A stretch of 16,103 nt of DNA from a bacterium (lineage in GTDB: Bacteria > JAMCPX01): contig JBBIVV010000044.1 in the NCBI GenBank assembly GCA_037439545.1, positions 1 to 16,103 on the forward strand. Reading direction: 5' to 3'. Numbering within the stretch: position 1 is the stretch's first letter; each line of letters starts with the position of its first letter. Below the pieces are notes generated by a model. It made no database searches. It saw nothing but the letters and a program-made list of their open reading frames with translations, and was not told the origin of the DNA. A program made the translations under genes and the position numbers. Shown here one piece after another: positions 7,432 through 14,716 of this stretch.

Positions 7432-7468
7432 AAAAAAAGAAAAAAATAAGGGGAACGAACGTTCCCCT
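7432..7468 (-). terminator. Intrinsic terminator of the ZraP-like gene
   Basis: Inverted repeat AGGGGAACG-AA-CGTTCCCCT (7449-7468), followed on the minus strand by long U tracts (A runs 7432-7446), 8 nt after the stop. Confidence 0.8.
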
Positions 7469-7476
7469 GTCTTACC

Positions 7477-7914
7477 CTATTCAGGCGCAGCGCATGGACC
7501 ATAGCCAGTGCCGGGTCCCATACCTCTTCCCATCATCCCTGCACCCATTTTACCGTGCTCCATCATTCCGTGTTTCATAGTAAGCCAGTGTATGATTGTT
7601 CTGTCGAGTCCATATTTCTTTGCTGAATCCATTACCTTTGTTTTAAGGTCGATGATCTCTTTTTGTATTTTTGCTATCCGATCATAATCATACCCGTTTT
7701 TTGCATACTCTTTCCACAATTCAATCTTTTTTATGATAAGCTCGTTCCGTACTGCAGATGTATCTTCCAGAAAGTTTTTTACAGATTCTACGTTTACATT
7801 GGTCACTGCAGTAACCCCTGCGCCGCCACAATTGCGTGGCCCCATGGCATACACATTTCCCGCTATCATCAGTCCCAGCAGGACTGCCATACTTGTTACC
7901 ATTTTTTTACTCAT
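7477..7914 (-). CDS. Periplasmic ZraP/Spy/CpxP-like (heavy-metal or envelope stress) protein
   Basis: SD GGAGGT 7 nt before ATG 7914 and signal peptide ending NVYA. Helical core FLEDTSAVRNELIIKKIEL...RIAKIQKEIIDLKTK and a Gly/Met/His-rich tail HGMMEHGKMGAGMMGRGMGPG. Confidence 0.7.
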   Translation of the reverse strand: MSKKMVTSMAVLLGLMIAGNVYAMGPRNCGGAGVTAVTNVNVESVKNFLEDTSAVRNELIIKKIELWKEYAKNGYDYDRIAKIQKEIIDLKTKVMDSAKKYGLDRTIIHWLTMKHGMMEHGKMGAGMMGRGMGPGTGYGPCAAPE

Positions 7915-7941
7915 TGTTCTTACCTCCCTTTTTACATGATT

Positions 7942-7967
7942 AAACGCATTGGTTTCAAAAAGGTTCC
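7942..7967 (-). promoter_or_regulatory. Putative ECF sigma-factor promoter for the ZraP-like gene
   Basis: Minus strand reads GGAAC-N16-CGTTT, the typical ECF -35 AAC / -10 CGT layout, ending 27 nt upstream of the ATG. Confidence 0.6.
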
Positions 7968-7974
7968 GTTGTGC

Positions 7975-8003
7975 TTGACATAATATGAGCATATGCTTAC
8001 AAT
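7975..8003 (+). promoter_or_regulatory. Sigma70 promoter of the DUF134 gene with a palindromic operator in the spacer
   Basis: TTGACA-N17-TACAAT. The spacer holds ATGAGCATATGCTTAC (7985-8000; perfect core AGCATATGCT). SD GAGGTG precedes ATG 8022. Confidence 0.75.
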
Positions 8004-8021
8004 TCTACAAGAGGTGATTAT

Positions 8022-8495
8022 ATGCCAAGACCGATGTGTTGCAGGAGAGTGGGGTTTATGCCTGATGCAAGGTACTTTAAACCAATGGGTATGCCGGGAC
8101 ATATGCTCGATGAGATAGTTTTGACTGTGGATGAGTTCGAGGCGGTAAGGCTTGCAGATTATGAAGGACTTTATCAGGAGCAGGCCGCTGAAAAAATGCG
8201 TATTTCCAGGCCTACATTCGGCAGGATCGTAGAATCAGCGCACAGAAAAATTGGGGAGGTATTGGTAAAAGGAAAAGCATTAAGAATTGAAGGAGGTAAT
8301 ATAGAAATGTATGATCATAGAGAAACGCAGGGTGCTATGGGTGCTGGCGGATTCTGCATCTGTCCAAAATGTAACGAAAAGGTGCCGCATAAGGCGGGTA
8401 TGCCGTGTAAAGAGGAAAGATGCCGCAAATGCGGTTCAAGGATGATGAGGGAAGGCTCTTCCTGTCATGAGAAGTTATTGGGGAAAAGAAAATAG
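8022..8495 (+). CDS. DUF134 (UPF0251) HTH protein fused to a C-terminal Cys-rich metal-binding module
   Basis: MPRP..CRRV....YFKP.G....LTVDEFEAVRLADYEGLYQEQAAEKMRISRPTFGRIVESAHRKI...LRIEGG is the DUF134 signature. The tail is CICPKC..PH..G.PC....CRKCG. Confidence 0.9.
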   Translation: MPRPMCCRRVGFMPDARYFKPMGMPGHMLDEIVLTVDEFEAVRLADYEGLYQEQAAEKMRISRPTFGRIVESAHRKIGEVLVKGKALRIEGGNIEMYDHRETQGAMGAGGFCICPKCNEKVPHKAGMPCKEERCRKCGSRMMREGSSCHEKLLGKRK

Positions 8496-8580
8496 CAAGG
8501 GGTGAATCAATATGCGTTAAGATAGAATTGATTAGTTGAAAATTTAATGATACACATTGCCCATAAAAAGGTTGATCATA

Positions 8581-9594
8581 ATGACGCATAGTATATTGAT
8601 TATAGACGATTCCGCACATCTGAGACAGGAAATAAAATCCGTACTGGTTAAGGCAGAAATGTTCGACGTGTTCTACGAGGCGACTGACGGCATGTCAGGC
8701 TTTAAAATGATGCTTTCGACACCTCCTGATATTGTGATCTGCGATCTGTATATGCCTGATTTTGACGGACTGAAATTCCTGAAAATGAAAAAATCCCGTA
8801 AGGAATTCGACAAAATACCCGTGCTTATCGTTACAAGCATGGACAACCTCACTGACAAGATCCACGCCCTTGCAGAAGGTGCACAAGACTATGTTACAAA
8901 GCCGTTCAGCCCTCCTGAGCTTGTGGCAAGAGTGAAGGCACACTTTAGGATAAAACTGCTTCAGGACGAGCTTCTGAGTGCAAATGAAAAGATGGAAATG
9001 CTGTCCAATAACACTCATCTCAGAATAAAACTTCTCGAGGATGAGCTTGCGGATGCGAATGAAAAGCTCGATGCCATTACGAACATAGACACCCTGACGG
9101 GCCTTTATAACAGGAGATTTTTCATCAGTTCGCTCGAAAAGGAATTTGAAAGGGCAAAAAGCTATAACAGGCCTCTTTCTCTGATCCAGACAGATATGGA
9201 TCGATTTAGAGCTTTAGACGATCTATGCGATCCGCTTTCCGGGGACAAGGTATTGAAGGCCGTCGCAGGAATACTCAGGACAGGTTTGAGGAAAATCGAC
9301 CTCTGTGCACGATTCGGCGGAGAGGAGTTCATCACCATGCTTTCTGAAACCGATGAGAGCGGCGCAATACTCGTAGCTGAAGGTTACATGAACGAGATGA
9401 GAAAGCAGGATATGTCAGGTATATGTGAAAACCTTACGTCTTTAACATTTTCCATAGGTATTGCCTGCCTTCCGGATAACGGCATAAAAGATATGAATAA
9501 GTTTTTGAAGTGTGCGCATGAGGCATTGAATGAATCAAAAAATGCCGGAAGAAACAGGATCACAGTTTATAAATTGCACACCACAGTGTCGTGA
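8581..9594 (+). CDS. REC-GGDEF response regulator (WspR/PleD-like diguanylate cyclase family)
   Basis: REC motifs ILIIDD, CDLYMP, VTS and KPF; coiled-coil linker; DTLTGLYNRR; I-site RKID; GGEEF; SIG; GRN. ATG 8581 follows AAAGGT. Confidence 0.92.
   Translation: MTHSILIIDDSAHLRQEIKSVLVKAEMFDVFYEATDGMSGFKMMLSTPPDIVICDLYMPDFDGLKFLKMKKSRKEFDKIPVLIVTSMDNLTDKIHALAEGAQDYVTKPFSPPELVARVKAHFRIKLLQDELLSANEKMEMLSNNTHLRIKLLEDELADANEKLDAITNIDTLTGLYNRRFFISSLEKEFERAKSYNRPLSLIQTDMDRFRALDDLCDPLSGDKVLKAVAGILRTGLRKIDLCARFGGEEFITMLSETDESGAILVAEGYMNEMRKQDMSGICENLTSLTFSIGIACLPDNGIKDMNKFLKCAHEALNESKNAGRNRITVYKLHTTVS
8941..9090 (+). repeat. Diverged 75-bp (25-aa) tandem duplication in the REC-GGDEF linker
   Basis: HFRIKLLQDELLSANEKMEMLSNNT (8941-9015) versus HLRIKLLEDELADANEKLDAITNID (9016-9090): 14/25 residues identical. 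Confidence 0.9.
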
Positions 9595-9600
9595 GCGGCT

Positions 9601-9643
9601 TTGAACCGGTTATCATTACCACGTGATGGTATGACCGGTTCGA
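9601..9643. terminator. Hairpin between convergent genes, possible bidirectional terminator
   Basis: GAACCGGTTA...TGACCGGTTC stem with further inner pairing. There is no clear U tract on either strand. Confidence 0.5.
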
Positions 9644-9650
9644 GCAGGGT

Positions 9651-10157
9651 TTAACGGGGACCGGATGCAGGGGCGGGCTTGTCTAACTTGTTTATGTTAC
9701 TGACGCGTTCAATGCTCCCGTTTCTGGTCATGAAGATTATCTCCTTAATTCTGGCATTGCGGATCATACGCCTGCACAGGAGACAGGGTTTTCCGTCGGC
9801 AAACCCGGTTTCATCGACTTCGGTGCCCACGATGTATATCGTCGCGTCTTTCATCCTGTCGGGTAAGCCGTTTATGATAGCATTCTGCTCCGCATGGACG
9901 GCCTCGCAGAGTTCGTAGCGTTCACCGGATGGAATGTTGAGTTCTTTCCGTTTACACATGTTGACATCAGAGCAGTTCGTCACGCCTCTCGGTGAGCCGT
10001 TATAACCAGTGCTTATGATTACTCTGTCCTTGACGATCACAGCACCGTACTTCCTTCTTATGCAGGTAGAACGCGACGAAACGACCCGTGCAATCTCCAG
10101 GAAGTATTCGTCCCACGGCGGTCTTTTTAAAGCCTTTTTCTTTTTTTTATAATCCAT
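9651..10157 (-). CDS. dCMP deaminase family protein (ComEB-like)
   Basis: RPPWDEYFL..A..V..RSTC.RR..GAVIV....ISTGYNG, Zn/catalytic motifs HAEQNA and PCLLC. Start uncertain (10157, 10175 or 10178). Confidence 0.92.
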   Translation of the reverse strand: MDYKKKKKALKRPPWDEYFLEIARVVSSRSTCIRRKYGAVIVKDRVIISTGYNGSPRGVTNCSDVNMCKRKELNIPSGERYELCEAVHAEQNAIINGLPDRMKDATIYIVGTEVDETGFADGKPCLLCRRMIRNARIKEIIFMTRNGSIERVSNINKLDKPAPASGPR

Positions 10158-10214
10158 TACAGAATAGATGTTCATCATAGAATAAGCTGCGTGTCAACCA
10201 AAACCTTTTTTAAA

Positions 10215-10260
10215 ACACAACATATGGTATTAAAATTTATATTATTTCTATATGTCGTGG
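10215..10260. promoter_or_regulatory. Tandem NrdR-box-like sites
   Basis: ACACAACATATGGTAT (10215-10230) and TTTCTATATGTCGTGG (10245-10260) both keep the core C4/A6/A8/T9/T11/G13 of acaCwAtATaTwGtgt. They are 30 bp apart, upstream of a dNTP-metabolism gene. Confidence 0.7.
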
Positions 10261-10354
10261 CACAATGAGGCTCATAACAATTTGACTTCTTTGTATAAGT
10301 GTGGCGATATATCAGAAAGTTCTCTCACACCATAAAAACAAAGCAGGAGGAAAT

Positions 10355-12343
10355 ATGAAGCGTTTTCAAGTTGTCGCGGCTGGTCTTGTCTTTTCAATCA
10401 TGGCCCTATCGTTTTATGGCTGCAGTTCTTCGTCAAGTAATCCGAACGTGAACATAGGGCAGGGGTGCAATCCTGTGTCCACTGACGACTGCTTTCTTCC
10501 TTTCCCGTCTTTTTATTATTTAAAGCAGGACCCGGCATCTGCTACCGGATACAGGGTTAATTATCCGCAGGGTATATTGCCGGTCAATAAAGCAGGCGTT
10601 GCCCTTGATCCCGCACCGTTTAACCGGGAAGACGGCTTCAGTCCTGCAAGCCAGATACTTGCCTATTTTGCGCAGGGAGTAACACCGGCTTCACTGCCTT
10701 CCCAGAACGATGTTGCAGCTTCCACGCTGACGACAAGTCCGGTACAGATCATTAATTTTACCACAGGCACGAGGGTACCGCTGTTTGCAGAGGTAGACGA
10801 GAATACCACTCCCGACCAGCACCAGGGGCTGATCATAAGGCCCATGATAAAACTGGATAATGACGCACACTATGTCGTCGTCATACTCGATTCAGTGCAG
10901 GACTTAAACGGCAAGCCGCTTGCCGCACCTGTCCCGTTCGTTTATCTGAGAGACGGGCAGGCGACGTCGAACGGTATCGTCGAAGGCATACGGTCCCGCT
11001 ATGAACAGTTGTTCTCGTTCTTGTCTGATCATGGAATAAGCAGGAAGCACATCGTGCTTGCCTGGGATTTTACGACTGCTTCAGACAGCTCCATAACAGG
11101 TCATCTCATATCGATGCGTGATCAGGCGCTTGCAATGACACCGACTACCGGTATCAGCTATTCTCTTACGGTAACTACATTCACTACCGACATAACAAGC
11201 TCTGCATATAATGCGAATATCTACAAGGAGCTTACCGGAACATTCTCTGCACCGACCTTTTTGGATTCAAAGGGCTACCTTGTGACCGATAGTACCACGG
11301 GGCTTCCTCAGTATGTGGGCCAGGCAGGCTATCCGATCCTCGTGCATATTCCGTGGTGTATAACTGACACGACACTTCCGGTGCCGGTCATGATTTACGG
11401 GCATGGGCTTCTCGGCAGCAATAGCGAGATGGATTCAGGCTATCAGGAAGGGCTCATCAATAACGGTCCGCTGTGCATGGTACAGATAGGGACGAATTGG
11501 ATCGGACTCAGCGAGAGTGATATCGGGAATGCGGCAAGTGCAGTGATGAACTTTAACCTTATGCCTCTAATTACCGACAAGCTGCAGCAGGCGCAAATAA
11601 ATGTGATAGTCATGGGAAAGCTTGCAATAGGTGCACTCATGACTGACACAAATATGCAGTTCAACGGTAAACCTATCATAGGTAATGAGATATATTATTA
11701 CGGTATATCCCAGGGAGGCATCGAAGGTGTGACGTTTATGAGTGTGGACCCGGATATCATACGCGGCGCTCTCGGGGTGCCGGGCTCCATTTACAGCATC
11801 ATGATGCAGAGGAGCCACGATTTTGTGGAGCTTGCATCGGTATTCAACCCCTCGTATCCGGATCCGCTCGACAGGTTGAAACTGCTGTCTTTGTCCCAAT
11901 ACCAATGGGACTTCACTGACCCGATTTCATTTGCTTCTCATGTGGTGAATAATCCCCTGCCCGGGACACCGAAAAAGCAGATACTGATCCAAGCGGGTCT
12001 GAACGACTGCCAGGTGCCGAACCTTACGACAGAGATTCTCGTAAGGACCATGGGCATACCTGCTATGGATGCGCTGCCGGTATCCATCTACGGCATACCT
12101 TTACAGCCTTCGCCGCTTGATTCGGCATTTACCTTGTGGAAGGTTCCGGATTCAACGGTTTATGTGCCGCCTGCAACGAACATTATGCCGGCACAGGACA
12201 ATAATGTGCATGAGGACATAAGAAGGCTCACCGAGGTCAAGGACCAGCTCGGATTATTTTTTACGACAGGGGGGGTTGTGAAGCAGACGTGTTTTGCAAC
12301 AAACGGCTGCACCTATTTTTCAGCGACATCTTTCCTGCCTTGA
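10355..12343 (+). CDS. Lipoprotein alpha/beta-hydrolase (lipase/esterase-like) with extended N-terminal domain
   Basis: SD AGGAGG and lipobox FYGC. N-terminal PFPS...DGFSP motif, oxyanion YGHG, nucleophile GISQG, and candidate Asp (GLNDCQVPN) and His (VHEDIRR). Confidence 0.8.
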   Translation: MKRFQVVAAGLVFSIMALSFYGCSSSSSNPNVNIGQGCNPVSTDDCFLPFPSFYYLKQDPASATGYRVNYPQGILPVNKAGVALDPAPFNREDGFSPASQILAYFAQGVTPASLPSQNDVAASTLTTSPVQIINFTTGTRVPLFAEVDENTTPDQHQGLIIRPMIKLDNDAHYVVVILDSVQDLNGKPLAAPVPFVYLRDGQATSNGIVEGIRSRYEQLFSFLSDHGISRKHIVLAWDFTTASDSSITGHLISMRDQALAMTPTTGISYSLTVTTFTTDITSSAYNANIYKELTGTFSAPTFLDSKGYLVTDSTTGLPQYVGQAGYPILVHIPWCITDTTLPVPVMIYGHGLLGSNSEMDSGYQEGLINNGPLCMVQIGTNWIGLSESDIGNAASAVMNFNLMPLITDKLQQAQINVIVMGKLAIGALMTDTNMQFNGKPIIGNEIYYYGISQGGIEGVTFMSVDPDIIRGALGVPGSIYSIMMQRSHDFVELASVFNPSYPDPLDRLKLLSLSQYQWDFTDPISFASHVVNNPLPGTPKKQILIQAGLNDCQVPNLTTEILVRTMGIPAMDALPVSIYGIPLQPSPLDSAFTLWKVPDSTVYVPPATNIMPAQDNNVHEDIRRLTEVKDQLGLFFTTGGVVKQTCFATNGCTYFSATSFLP

Positions 12344-12353
12344 TGATTATGGC

Positions 12354-13193
12354 TTACTCCAGTTTCTTTTCTGTGTTCCCGAGGAGCTTTATGATCTGTG
12401 CGATTGTTTTCTTTATGACCTTTCTTTCAACGACCATATCTATCATACCATGCTCGAGCAGGAATTCTGCTCTTTGAAAGCCATCGGGCAGCTTCTGTCC
12501 TATAGTATCCGAAATGACCCTCGGTCCTGCAAAGCCTATGAGAGCCTTCGGCTCTGCTATTATAATATCGGCGATGCTTGCAAAGCTTGCGGCAACACCG
12601 CCTGTCGTCGGATCAGTAAGCAGGCTGACATACAGGGTCTTGCTGTTCCTTAATTTGCTCAGAGCTGAGTTCGTTTTTGCCATCTGTATAAGCGAGAAAA
12701 TGCCCTCCTGCATCCTTGCACCGCCTGAAGAGGTCACGATAAGAAGGTTGGATTCTTCCTGCGTCGCCTTTTCTATCAACCTTGTAATTTTTTCTCCAAC
12801 GACGCTCCCCATGCTTCCGCCCATAAAATTGAAGTCAAATATGCCTGTATTGACGAACAAGTCGCTGATGGTACCATAGCCTGTAACGATAGCGTCGCCG
12901 GCGCCTGTCAGCTTTTGGGTTTCTTTTATTTTGTCCCTGTATCTCGTCCTGTCTTTGAAATCCAGCGGGTCGGCAGATTCAACGTTGTTCCACAGCTCAT
13001 GAAAGGTATTCTGATCGATCAGAATATCGATCCATTCTTTGGCAGACAGCCTGAAATGATAGTTGCACTTGGGACAAACTTTTAGGTTTTTCTCGACTTC
13101 TTTTTTGTATATAATCTCATTGCAGTTGTTGCACTTTATCCAGAGACTGTCGAGACCGTTTTTTGTTCTGCTTTCCGAACCGAACAATGGCAT
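12354..13193 (-). CDS. accD: Acetyl-CoA carboxylase carboxyltransferase beta subunit
   Basis: LWIKCNNC...CPKC zinc ribbon, FMGGSMGSVVGEK, SGGARMQEG, PTTGGVAASFA, GFAGPRVI, FQRAEFLLEHG. Confidence 0.98.
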   Translation of the reverse strand: MPLFGSESRTKNGLDSLWIKCNNCNEIIYKKEVEKNLKVCPKCNYHFRLSAKEWIDILIDQNTFHELWNNVESADPLDFKDRTRYRDKIKETQKLTGAGDAIVTGYGTISDLFVNTGIFDFNFMGGSMGSVVGEKITRLIEKATQEESNLLIVTSSGGARMQEGIFSLIQMAKTNSALSKLRNSKTLYVSLLTDPTTGGVAASFASIADIIIAEPKALIGFAGPRVISDTIGQKLPDGFQRAEFLLEHGMIDMVVERKVIKKTIAQIIKLLGNTEKKLE

Positions 13194-13194
13194 T

Positions 13195-13956
13195 TTATAG
13201 TTTTATTACCTGTCCGAGTTTTACAATCTCTGTATGTAGTCCCCGGTTTTTTTTCAATTCTTTTGTAATTTGAGTGTAGAACTGAGGTTTTATGTGATAG
13301 GCAAAGACAGGAAGGTCTCTGCCGATTTTGGCAACTTCGCCGGCGACAAGCTGCGGAGTAAGGTGTTTTGACAGGATTGCAAGCTCTTTTTTTTCGTCAG
13401 GGTAAGAGCATTCTATGAACACGGCTTTTAAATTGGCCTTTTTCGACGCGAGCTGCCATAGCCTTTCAGTCGGAGCAGTGTCGGAGCTGAATACCACGCT
13501 GCTCCTGCCGTCATCTATTATTACACCGGCAGCAGGAACCGTATGATTGACCTGACACAGGGTAACTTTTAAACCGCCGAACTCGATGGTCTGCTCATGT
13601 TCGATCTCTTTCATTTTAATGACCGGTTTCTCTTTATCCGGGATCTCCGTAAAGTCAGGCCAGATGTGCCAGTTCAGCAGGTATTGTTTTATGTCCTTCA
13701 AAACGACAGGCAGGCCATACATTTGAAACCCTCTGCCCCCTGCGCCGATAATGTTATCTGCGAGGAACAGCGTGTCCCTGCAGTGGTCTGCGTGTGCATG
13801 AGTGAGTATGGCATGCTCTATTGAAAGCTGTTCTTTCAAAGTTAAAACGCCGGTAATAGCACCGCCGTCAAGCAGGGTGTGTTTATTTATAAGAAATGAG
13901 ATTGTCCTGAAATTCGGCAATTCACCGCCATGACAGCCAAGAACCCTTATATTCAT
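13195..13956 (-). CDS. Class II (metallo-beta-lactamase fold) 3',5'-cyclic-nucleotide phosphodiesterase
   Basis: IRVLGCHGG, LLDGG, THAHADH (HxHxDH), LLNWHIWPDF, VNHTVP, SSDT, IECSYP, HLTP and YHIKP. SD GAGG before ATG 13956. Confidence 0.88.
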   Translation of the reverse strand: MNIRVLGCHGGELPNFRTISFLINKHTLLDGGAITGVLTLKEQLSIEHAILTHAHADHCRDTLFLADNIIGAGGRGFQMYGLPVVLKDIKQYLLNWHIWPDFTEIPDKEKPVIKMKEIEHEQTIEFGGLKVTLCQVNHTVPAAGVIIDDGRSSVVFSSDTAPTERLWQLASKKANLKAVFIECSYPDEKKELAILSKHLTPQLVAGEVAKIGRDLPVFAYHIKPQFYTQITKELKKNRGLHTEIVKLGQVIKL

Positions 13957-13973
13957 ATTTCCTCTCAATCCCT

Positions 13974-14615
13974 TTACATTCCTTCGAACTGTTCTTTCAT
14001 TACCAGATAATCGAGATATTTTTTAAGATTATCGATGCTCTTGATCAAGATACCGTTGTTGGTCGATTCGATGAGTCTGTTTTTTGTAAGCTTCTCTACT
14101 ATCTCTTTTACTTTCTCTTTCTCGAGTCCCGTCGTTATGGTCAGCTTATCGGCATCAATTTTCAGAAAAGTGCCCGTGTCTATCTTTGTTCCTCCCTCAG
14201 CGAGCTTTAAGAGCGTTACCAGCACCCTCTGGTTCGAGTCCTTTATCATAAGGTTGGATATCTGCACATCGGCTTCTTCAAGCCTTTTTGAAAGGATCTT
14301 TATGATGCGCAATGCTATCTCTGCATTGCTGCGGATCATGGTGTCAAAGGTAGAAGTGTTTATGACCAGCATTTTTGAGTCTTCGACGACCTCTGCGCCT
14401 GCAGAGCGGGGTTTTTTATTCAGGAGTGACATTTCACCGAAGAAATCGGATGCACCGAGTAATGCTAAAACCTTTTCTGATCCACCGGCTTCCTTGAAGA
14501 TCTTTACCTTGCCCGCATTGATGATGTACATGTCTTCACCCGCATCCCCTTCGCGGAAAAGTAACGTACCCTTCGGGAACGTCTTGCCGAATCTCTTAAA
14601 AAGTTCATCTTCCAT
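13974..14615 (-). CDS. Crp/Fnr family cNMP-binding regulator
   Basis: LFREGDAGEDMYIINAGKVKI, phosphate-binding cassette FFGEMSLLNKKPRSA, C-helix, winged-HTH-like C-terminus and SD AAGGAG. Confidence 0.9.
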   Translation of the reverse strand: MEDELFKRFGKTFPKGTLLFREGDAGEDMYIINAGKVKIFKEAGGSEKVLALLGASDFFGEMSLLNKKPRSAGAEVVEDSKMLVINTSTFDTMIRSNAEIALRIIKILSKRLEEADVQISNLMIKDSNQRVLVTLLKLAEGGTKIDTGTFLKIDADKLTITTGLEKEKVKEIVEKLTKNRLIESTNNGILIKSIDNLKKYLDYLVMKEQFEGM

Positions 14616-14716
14616 AGGTACTCCTTCGTTAGGACAGATTTTATATGTTCCATAGCACAGCTAAGACTTATTATGCAAAGTAAACCGCATGAGAGGGCCT
14701 CGTCCCCGAACGGGGT

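Noticed and set aside
10192..10197. Minus-strand TTGACA as the -35 of the dCMP deaminase promoter
   Set aside because: The nearest -10-like hexamers are 12 and 25 nt away, which is the wrong spacing.
10258..10275. TGGCAC...GC as a sigma54 promoter, and ATGAGGCTCAT as a second DUF134 operator
   Set aside because: The GG-GC spacing is off by one with no TTGC, and the palindrome half-site spacing differs from the site at 7985.
13195..14615. MBL nuclease plus cNMP-binding protein as a Pycsar/CBASS-type defence or anti-defence system
   Set aside because: No cyclase or effector is present, the motifs fit a class II PDE and a Crp regulator, and the context is core housekeeping.
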